64,000 nt of DNA. Source: Pristiophorus japonicus. Lineage: Eukaryota. The notes under the pieces are model-generated. The model was not told the DNA's origin, did not search any database, and saw nothing but the letters and a program-made list of their open reading frames with translations. The translations under genes and the position numbers were made by a program. Where the stretch lies: contig NC_091979.1 of assembly GCF_044704955.1 (NCBI RefSeq), forward strand, positions 305,536,001-305,600,000, in the 5' to 3' direction. This document shows, in pieces, positions 49,001 to 59,147 of this stretch (positions are counted from its first letter, which is position 1; each line of letters begins with the position of its first letter).

Positions 49001-50199
49001 ATCAGATCAGGTTGAGATTTGTAGCAGACATTCTTTTTCACCCCGAGTCACCACATGTTTTAAACTGAGCATCGCATGAAAGGTACCCTGTCATGGCTCA
49101 ACTTGGTAGTAGGGGTGAGATAACCCAGAGCGAGCTTCCAAATGTAAACTGCCCAACCCGGCTGTCAGAAGCTAAAGCCTGAAGCTCCTGAGAGTGGGCC
49201 ATCAGCTACAATATTAGAGTTGGAGCCTCAATTGGAAGAGCCATTTCTGAATCTGCCTTGACTGGCCAAAGTTAGAACACTTAAAATACAAGCAAAAAAG
49301 TATTCTTGGAGATGTCTACAGCTTGGACTGGCTGAGGAGGATTGTGTGGATTTAGGGGATTGAATGAGGGGGAATGTACAACATACGATATACAACATAA
49401 AAGCACGTGCACGCATTTACGTATCCAGTGTAATACTTGGAATCACACAGCACACTTGCCATTGCCAGGTTTCTGTGTTAATACAAGTGATATTGTAACT
49501 TACTGATCGATCCTGATTACTGATTGCTGCTCTTTGGCTGGGCTTCAATATCCCAATTTCGATTTAAAAAGGACAAATCTGAACTTTGAACATAAGAAGT
49601 GCTCTGGCTTGGTTCCACTCCTAGGTCATGTGTCCATTTATCCACAACAGGTCAGTTTTATATTCGCAGACACCACTTTGGCTGGAGCATGCACTGCCGC
49701 TTAAACGTTAAGTCTGGAATTAAGATTCACCATTTCTGTTCCTGTCACAGAATTGGCTTTTCATGTTCTGTGCCTTTACTTCAAGGAAACCAGAATGGAT
49801 CAGGTTTTGACTGTGTGCATACTTTAACCATTAATAGTCCATCAGTACGATTCCTCCAAGTGATGGGGGGAACCTGACTGACACAGCTGTTATTTAGATC
49901 AGGAGATGCAGGAATAGAGAATACCTTCACCGATACCTTGGTCAGATTGCCAAATATTCATAACTGTTGTTTCACAAAATCTTTCCTTTTCCTTGCTTGT
50001 ATCTGTAGCCAACGATGTATCATCACTTACACCCAACCCGTGAGGCAGTGGAATGAGTCGGCCTACACTAGCTGATGCAGCCAAATGGGGGGAAACAAAA
50101 CCTTTCCTACATAAACCAAGGACCGCATTATAAGTAAATGAAGAATCCCAGTCTCAAGCACCTCCATCCTTGACATTTTCTCCTAATCTAGCGTGTTGC

Positions 50200-51609
50200 A
50201 GAAATCCCTCTTTCTCAAAAAACCTGCAACAGTATTCCAGTGACTATTTAAAATAGTCTCTCGTTGAGCAAAAAAAAAATGGCTTTGATAATGATGCTTT
50301 TATGTAAGCTGTAAATAGCTGATTTTTGTTTCATAGCTAACAAAAGGTTTTTTATTATGTTACGATTTGAGGCATACTTGTTTACTGTTGCCCTACTCTG
50401 CTGGTATTAAGGCAGCTTGTCGAGATGCCCCTGCTAATGTCTGCTGCATCATGTTTTTTTTATTCCAAAGAGAAAACTCCATTTTCTATCTATAGATTCA
50501 GATATTACTACGTCCTAGTCCTGTGCTGGCTGCTGTATATATATATTATTCTCTCTCCCACCCATCATGAATATTCAAAAGCTGCAGTCAGTAGCACCAA
50601 GGACGCAGATGGCAAAAAAAATACAATTAAATGATTTGAAGCTCGTTGTGGCTCCAAAAGGAGATATTTAAACAGATGGTGTCATTTTAGAGAAATAAGG
50701 TTTTTTTTTCTTTCACCCTTCTCATACGAAGTGTGTGGAAGTTACCTCTAGGGACAGCCCTTAGAACCGTAGCGTTTATACTGTGAGCCAGTGTGATTAC
50801 ATATTTAAATTTGCCGTGCAGTGCACAATAATGAGCAGTCCTCCAGGGAAGCTTTGCCACAGCTAACGTGAGCAATGCATTAAAACACACATTGGTGGAA
50901 TGTGCCCGATTAAGGGAAAATGTGGAGAATGCGGCTGCCTGAGACATGGGTCCTCCATTCACTTGACAATGAAATGTTTGGCCTATGTGGGCAAATGGAA
51001 ATTTAATGTAATTTTTTTCTGTCTCTGTCTGCATCAGCAGTGTGGAAAGACCCGTTCCACTGCATCGCAGGTTCGATGTGTGTTCTGATGCATCCTTGCC
51101 TGCAGGTTTAAAACAAAAATAAAATGATTCTGTGAAACGTGCAGAGTTACTAACGTGTGGAAATTTGACTGTTGCACTGTTTTAATGTGTCTTCTATTTG
51201 TACATCTCCTGATCTAACAATTACCCCTGTCAGGCTCTCCCCCTTTCTCCCCCCCTTCATTGAAGTCACTTAGGCACTTCCAGTTGGTGGCAGGAGATAT
51301 ATCCATAATACTGCCTTCACTATCCCAGCTGGCTTCTTCACTACGTTAATGCATCAGAATGGCTGCACTGTTTGAAGGTTTTCTCCTCCTAGAGGTGCAG
51401 AGGTAGATAAGGGAAATCAGCATAAAATGTCTCTCTAGCCCCTGCCTTTGTCTCGTGATCATCACCTTCCATGGTTTTAATTCTTTATCGGTGACTAAAA
51501 GCAGAGAGAGAGAGAGAGACACTTGCTCAGAACACTGGTTGTGTAAGGTTGACAAGGATCGTACCTTTCCTAAGCCATCACATTTGGTCGGATATTATCC
51601 GTATCCAGG
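50200..51609 (+). promoter_or_regulatory. Putative promoter and 5' UTR of the ANK3 first exon
   Basis: Unique, TE-free sequence directly upstream of the ATG; the TSS cannot be determined from sequence. Confidence 0.55.
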
Positions 51610-51720
51610 ATGGCTCATGCTGCATCCCATCTCAAGAAAAACCGGGAATTGGAAGTTGTGACCGAGGATGAAAAAGTCGTGAAAAAGCACCGGAAACGCT
51701 CCCGGGATCGAAAGAAAAAG
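51610..51720 (+). CDS. ANK3: Ankyrin-3 (ankyrin-G) neuronal-type first coding exon, 37 codons; the gene continues beyond the window
   Basis: Translates MAHAASHLKKNRELEVVTEDEKVVKKHRKRSRDRKKK versus recalled human ANK3 N-terminus MAHAASQLKKNRDLEINAEEEPEKKRKHRKRSRDRKKK; Kozak AGGATGG; phase-0 donor AAG|GTACCT. Confidence 0.93.
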
Positions 51721-54269
51721 GTACCTTGGCAAATTTACCCGTCGGCACATTCCATTGTTCCAATTCCAACACATCGAGCATGTAATTAAAAATCCATCGT
51801 TAAGTCTGCGCAAAGGGAGCTGCTATACTTCCGAACGTGGCTTGCCATATATATTTTTTTGTAGTTGATTTCTTCCATTTGCTGGGGTTTTGAGTGCTTT
51901 GCTTGCAGAGATTTTGCCTCGGTTAAATTCCTCATTGTGGACTGCAGTGTTGGTGCGGGATGTGCTCCTTCAGGAAGGAGGGAGCTGGCATCAGGGTGGA
52001 TTTTAATTTCACTGATACGGAAGCCATTTGGTGCTGCAAATATTCTCATTTTTTTCTCTGTTCCAGATTTTTGTAACTTGCTATAATTGGTGCCCTAGGA
52101 CGCCCAGAATGTGCAAGTGCCTCATAGTGGAATTGTGATTCATATTTTGCGATTACTTGCGTAATTAAATTGTATCTGGCACACACAAGGAACAATGTCT
52201 CTTAAATAAAACCTACTAAAATCACACACACAAATACTGAGTTCGAGATGCAATCATTTAGTTTGCTGCCCTCATTTTAAACAAGATAATGCATCTTCTA
52301 TTTTTAGGAGATAATTAGCAATAGACACATTGTGTTCTGTGTGACCTTAACCCATGCACTCCTGCAATTATCTCTTACCGTGCAGTGGATTTTGGAGCTT
52401 TGTGGTTTGCCGTTTTTATTGTCTGAAGGCTGCATTTGAATTGTCAGATTTTTTTATATTATAACAATTTTGCGAATTAGCACTTCATTAGCCCCCGAAT
52501 GGTGTTTTTAAAGGCAAAATTTTAATCTGATTTTGGAAACTGGGTATCCTTTAACTTGTATTGACCAGGTTGGTTCATTCCGTATGAATGATGTGCTATA
52601 ATCCACTGGGCAGGCACTTGGGCTGGAGCTGCTCTCTGCATTGCTTTGTCACCTCACCTTTTTATTAAATTCTCTTGGGGTCTGATAATCATGGGTTTCA
52701 TCTCACCACTCATGCATCTACCACGAAACGACATGCAAGTATAATTAATATTATCTGCAGATCATGCCTTTTCCTCCTTCAGTCTTCAGCATTAACCCTC
52801 GTCCTCTCACTCTGTTGACCTCAATAGCAGTGGCAACTGGGATATAACAGGAACAACATTCCTTTTTGTTTTGCGAGCAGCGAGAACAGATATAAACACA
52901 AGTGGCCATTTCGAATAGAGTTCCAAATGACTGGGGCATTTTAGGACCGAGAATGTGTTTTTTTTTCTAAATGTAAACCATGCACAACCAAGGGGTCCAA
53001 ACGTGCTCCAGTACTCTGATCTATTGAAATGCAAAAATGATCGGCAGAGTAAAGAATTGTGTGCAGTTTCCTAGGTCCTGCTTGTTAGAGGTCACTGCTG
53101 AATCCAAGGCTCTCCCCTGTGAGCCAATGTATTTTTTTTGTTATACTGGTGTTGTACATGGATGTAAGCAGTGTTGGTTCATGGGATTTATCACTGCACT
53201 TTGTATTGTCGTGGGTTTTTGGACTGCCAAAACGGATCCAGTTTTATTTTTAGCCTTAGGGGGTGGGAATGTGTGGACCTGGCGCTCGTTGATTTGGAAA
53301 GGATTTGATGCAGAGCTGCAAGCAGGGCTGGTGCTCGTGTGTTCTTTGTGTTTTCACGTGATGTGCTGTTACTATATGTTCTGTATGGCCCACAACACAA
53401 AGAAGAACGTTTCGTAGAAAGACAGCCTTAACAAAAATGGTGTACTAAATACTTATTAATGAGGCATTGTTTAAAGGGAACAGTCAAGGAACTTCTTAAT
53501 TCTCGGTGCATTTTCAGTGTTTGTGTAACAGAATAACACAAGTGCCTCGTTCCAGTATGTGTGTTCCCATTAAAGAGCTTCTACGCAATTTTAATTACAT
53601 GAAGGTGGCTCCTCTATTGTCCTGTCATGTAGACTGCACATTCCATTGCCATAGTGCGTACTGCTGTTTCCTTGTCATGTGGCACTTGTGCTCTCCTATA
53701 CCATTTCATTGTATCTCCAGTGCTATGGACACCCACTGTTGTTCATGGTAAGGGTTGACAAAACGTTCCGCTGGCCAAGAACTAATTTGAAAGCCAAAAT
53801 AAAATAACATTTTCACTCTGCTCAAGTACCTCCCATTGTTCTGTGTTGGAACTTCTGTAAAGTCAACAGATTCGTAGACAGAAATGGAAAATTGTAATAA
53901 AATGATCTGCTGCAGGGTCCTTGTGTCATGGCATGTTGGTGTATGAACTCTGTGCACCATGGAGTGGCAGACCGTGGGTTTGCACCTGGGATTCCCTATA
54001 TGACATTCAGCTCATTAAATGTTTTCCCCCACTTGAAGGGGAATATGAAATGATGTCTCCTCCTGGAGGCCCTTGTGTTTCTCCTTTAGATATGGGACTA
54101 GAGCTGCAGATTTGGAAGTTGGTAGTCTTTCCAACTTCTCATCTGGGAATGTTGTTGGTTCTGGAAGGGAGACAATTGAGGAAAGTAAATGACAGATGTA
54201 TGATTCAATGGGATTTAATAGTGTGTGTTTATCTGTTTTCAGTGCACTTGGGTCTGTACTATCATACTT

Positions 54270-54470
54270 CCTTAATCTTAGATTTTAAAAGAGCAAATTT
54301 CAAGGCAAAGCAACATTTTGAGTTTTGAAACCATGCAATTATGATTAAAAAAGTGGGAAATATTTAAGGAGATATTGCTGAGACTACAATCAAACTTCAT
54401 TTGGCTAAATTAAAATAGATCAAAGGGAAACAGAAGTCAATGTGGTTAAATAGGGATATTAAATTAGTAC
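54270..54470 (+). mobile_element. Very old CR1 fragment (continues at ~55885-55915 and 56780-57480)
   Basis: LDFKRANF..WEIFKE; later KGPGPD..ILKK and NYRPVSL..VVEK remnants. Confidence 0.55.
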
Positions 54471-54504
54471 TAGAGGCAGCAGAGATGGACATTGAGAAGA
54501 TAAT

Positions 54505-55530
54505 TGTGATCTGCTGCTGAAACACTCATCCATGCTTTTGTTATCTCTCAGACTCGACTATTCCAATGCTCTCCTGGCTGGCTTCTCACCTTCTACCCTT
54601 CACTGGAGTTTAGAAGAATGAGAGGGGATCTCATAGAAACATATAAAATTCTGATGGGACTGGACAGGTTAGATGCAGGAAGAATGTTCCTGATGTTGGG
54701 GAAGTCCAGTACCAGGGGACATAGTCTAAAGATAAGGGGTAAACCATTTAGGACTGAGATAAGGAGAAACTTCTTCACTCAGAGAGTTGTTAACCTGTGG
54801 AATTCCCTGCCGCAGAGAGTTGTTGATGCCAGTTCATTGGATATATTCAAGAGGGAGTTAGATATGGTCTTTACGGCTAAAGGGATCAAGGGGTATGGAG
54901 AGAAAGCAGAAAAGGGGTACTGAGGTGAATGATCAGTCATGATCTTATTGAATGGCGGTGCAGGCTCGAAGGGCCGAATGGCCTACTCCTGCACCTATTT
55001 TCTATGTTTCTATGTGTCATAAACTTGAGCTCATCCAAAACTTTTCTGGCGGTATCATAATTCATCAGTCCTATTCACTCTCCAACCCTGAACTCGCTGA
55101 CCTACATAGGCTCCCAATTCCTGAATGCCCTGATTTTAAAAACTCCCACCCCTGTGTTCAAATCCCTCCATTGCCTCTCCCGTCCCTACTTCTGTAACCT
55201 CCTCCAGCATTACAACCCTCCAAGAGCTCTGCATTTCTCGAATTCTGGCTTCTTGTGCATCCCCAACGTCCCTTGCACCACCATTTTGGCAGCCGTGCCT
55301 TCATTTGCCTATGCTCCAAGCTCTGGAATTCCCTCTTTAAACCTCTCTGCCTCTCTACCACTCGCTCCTCCTTTAAGGCACTCCTTAAAACCTACCTCTT
55401 TGACCCTCACCTGTCCTAATATCTTCTTATGTGACTCGGTGTCAAATTTTGTTTTATAACGCTCCTATGAAGTGCCTTGGGTTGTTTTACAACGTTAAAG
55501 GCGTTCTATAAATACAAATTATTGTTGTGA
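54505..55530 (+). mobile_element. L2-type LINE 3' fragment split by a CR1
   Basis: AAETLIHAFVISQ..DYSNALLAG before the CR1; HKLELIQN..LADLHRLP after it. Confidence 0.85.
54602..55015 (+). mobile_element. CR1 3' fragment
   Basis: MRGDLIETYKIL...NLWNSLPQRVV; TTTCTATG tail. Confidence 0.93.
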
Positions 55531-55916
55531 GTAATGGGGGTGTGGTGCATTGAGCAGTGGCTGAGGCTAGTTGTGCAGTTGATAGGATATGACATTTGAA
55601 GATGCATTCACTGACCTTGACCAAGCGTGTGAGGTCATTGGACTTCTTGCTGCACTGCATTCAGGTCCTCGCGGCTTGACTCCTTGCATTGACCGCCACA
55701 GCTACCTGCTCCCATTGCCTTCTGAGTGTGTGTCTGGAAAACCACCTGGCCCCCTGTGGATACAGCACATTTCTCCTTTGCCTTGGTGTCAATTTTTTTT
55801 GTCTGGTTAGGCTCTTGTGAAGTGCCTTGGGACATTTTACTATGTTAAAGTTGCTATATAAATGCAAGTTGTTGCGATATGGTTACAAAAAAAGGTTAGA
55901 TATTAAAATAGAAGAT

Positions 55917-56777
55917 GGGCTCAATTTTCCCAAGTTATCTGCGCTGTTTGTTTTGGCGACGCACTGCCTTTTTTGGCCTAAATTTAAAATATCCAAGGTT
56001 CCCCAAAGATTTTGCGCCAGTGTAACTCAGTTTGTTATGATTATTTTAGGTTAGGTTTTTTTTGCGTCGTTGGGGGAGTAACCTGCCACCCGCGCCAATT
56101 CTGGCCATTTAAGCAAGTTTGGCCAGCTCCGATTTACTCCAATTTTTCGTCGGATGGCGTATGTGACCAGTCTGGAAAAAGCACCTGGGCAGGTAAGAAA
56201 ATCGGTGCAACAGATGCAGTTCCACGGCCCGGATAGCAGCAACAGCAGAGAGAGAGAGGCGGGTGGGGGGGGGGGGGGGGAAGGCCTTTCTGCCAGGATT
56301 AGGAGCGGCACTCGGCATCGGGAGGAGGAGGCCCTTCTGCCAGGGCTAGCAGCGGTAACCAGCACCGGCAGGAGAGGGAAGTCTTTTAGCCAGGATTCGG
56401 AGCGGCACCGGCTCCAGGAGGAGTGGGGAGGGAGGCCTTTCGGCCAAGGCTAGGAGTGGCACTGGGCATTTTGGCATAAACTCTAATAATTTAATGCTGG
56501 TAAGGTGCTTATGCAGGTCGCTGTGAGTGAGCTGGCCAGAATGTGTTGTGTGTTTCACTTTCCAGCCTGAGCCCGCAGTGTGTCCCTGGTTACCCTGGCA
56601 ACCCGATCTTTTTGGCGCTCATCTTAGGCTCCACCCCCAAAGCTAGGCTAGGCAGCGCCAAAATCAACAATTCAAACAGGGAAAGTTGGATGCTTTTTTG
56701 GGGGTGTAGTTGGGCACCAAAAAAAGGGCGTAACTCTTCAAGTACTCCAAAAAACAGCTTTGGGGAAAATTGAGCCC
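55917..56777. mobile_element. MITE (PIF/Harbinger-like TIRs)
   Basis: Perfect 15-bp TIR GGGCTCAATTTTCCC / GGGAAAATTGAGCCC; no coding capacity; no clear TSD. Confidence 0.85.
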
Positions 56778-58147
56778 AAAGGACCTGGCCCAGACAACTT
56801 GAACCTATGCATTTTAAAGAAAATAGGTAGTGAAATTAGCCAAGTTACAAGTTTCAACTGACATTTTTGTAATTTCACTAAATAAAGGAGATTCCTGAGG
56901 ATCGGAAAGTGGGTAATATAGCTACATTGTTTAAATAAGGGTCAACAGTTACATCTAGAAACTATAGGCCAGTGAGTTTAAGATCTGTTGTAGAGAAAGT
57001 CTTTGAGAAATCCAATGGTTGAATGTAACACAATTTGTTTAAAGACAGCGTGGATTGGAGCAACACAAATTGTGGTTGACTAACATACTGAAGCTGTTTT
57101 TAAACATTGCTGACATAATGGGCTTGTCATGAAATGCAGTTCATAAAATACAGTTCATGTTATATAATTGGATTTTCAGGAATCCTCTGATAAGGTTCCA
57201 TATTTGTGGCTGATGGATGAGATAAAGTGTTACGAGAGAAGATAAACGATACTGGGTACATCATTGGTTTAAAACAGAACGCAGAAGGAAACCAAAATGG
57301 AAATATACAGAAGGGAAAAGAGGCTATGAGTGGGGTTGGTCCTGTAAATCCAAGTGCATCATATTGATGATGATATAAAAGGGTCTGAGACATTTTGATA
57401 TTTACCTGGAGGGAGGAGAGATTGAGAGATATGGGGAGAGGGTAGATAGGTGGGGTTGTTGCTTGTAAAAGCGACTAATTTGTTAAGGCCCCATAGCATT
57501 TTCAATCCGTAAAAATTCAGTCTCTGATCTTAAAAATGCCTTGTGTGACATTGGTATACAAATCCTTAATGCCGTTAACCACGCATTCATTTTAAATGGT
57601 TTATCACCCCTGTTACAATTGAGCAATTTTTGTACAAACATGTTAAGCATTTATCACAGCCCATTATTTCTAGGTTCTGGTGAGCTAAATCCCACAATAA
57701 ATATCTACCACTAAACGACGTGCAAATATTATCAACAGTACCTGCAGATCATGCATTTTCTTCCTTCAGTTTTCAGCATTAACCCTTGTCCTCTCACTTT
57801 ATAGTAGTGGCAATTGGATATAACAGGAACAACGCTCATTTTCTCCTTCATTCAACTGTAAACAGTTGCTAATCTGAGTAGTCAGTTAAATCTGATGTGA
57901 ACTAAACATATTTATGTTTTAAAAGAAATAATATAAGCTTTACAAAGTGTATCTATACAATTAAAAGTCTTGCTTCCGGTGTGAGTGTGAGGGTTTGCAC
58001 CTCAAAGGTATCTAATCTCAACAATACCACACATCCATAGGGCAAATTAAAATCAGGATTCACTCAAATAACCATTATTCATTAAGTTAACTATGCTGGT
58101 TGCCTTTCATTTGGTTAGGTGAATATTTCAGCCAACAACAAAACATT

Positions 58148-58883
58148 GGTCCAGAAATCCCGGTCGAGGCAAACGACTGAAAAAAGGGAAAGAAAATGTG
58201 CACCCTTTCTGCTGCGCCCACTCGAGATCCCGGTCCTGAGGCCTTCACTCCCTGTGCGTCGCAGCACGTGCACGGCGGGATGTCTGTAAGCTGGAGCTGG
58301 AGTCACATGGCTCTGGGCAGCCAATCCAAGGTACAGTATTTTCTCATTCATAATAATGGGAACTCCGTAAGTTGGAGTTCCCATTATTATGAATGAGAAA
58401 CCCACCCCCCCCCCTCCCAAACATCCAAAACGCTAATTAAAAAAAGAGAGAAAATATACAGTACATATTTAAGATTAATTTAAATTTAAATTATTAACGT
58501 CTTATAAAAGAAATATATTTATCCAATTTTTTTAAGTTTTTTAAAATTCGGGTTTTAAATAAGTTTACTGTAGTGGGCAGGGTTTTTAACAATAAAATGT
58601 GTTTGTTAAATTTTATTTTGTTATGTTTTAAAACTCTTATGCCTGTAAAAGTAGGCTATGCGCCTGCTTTTATCAGGCGCAAGAATTTTCAGGACATCCA
58701 CAGGGCAAGAGATGGGTAAATACCACAATCTTGCCCATGCGAATGTCCTGAATGTGGAGATACGAAGGATCGAAAAGCCGGTTTTCAGCGCATGCACATT
58801 GCGAGCTGAAAACCGGCTTTTGCAATGCCTTCCCGGGTCCGGAGACACTTCATACGGGCTCGGAAGGCCGTGATTTTTGCCCC
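58148..58883. mobile_element. MITE (Harbinger-like) with multiple internal hairpins
   Basis: Imperfect TIRs GGTCCAGAAATCCCGGTC / GGCCGTGATTTTTGCCCC; 3-bp TSD ATT; AT-rich centre. Confidence 0.75.
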
Positions 58884-59147
58884 ATTGTAACAAAATCCCA
58901 TTCAAGCTGAGAAGTAAGATCGTGAGGGTTTTTTGGTGATTGCAGCTTTGTGATCCCTGAGGTTGTTGTTACTGTTCCTTCCCCCATGGTTGGTTCCATT
59001 CCATCATGCTATGATTCCATTGCTTCCAATCCCGTTCCACCCCACTGTCATGCTCTGCATAACTAAGAAGGCCCCTTGAAACGCTCGGATAGATTTTGAG
59101 CATGTCAACTCTACTATTTTATTACAATGCAGAAAAAAACAGTGGTG

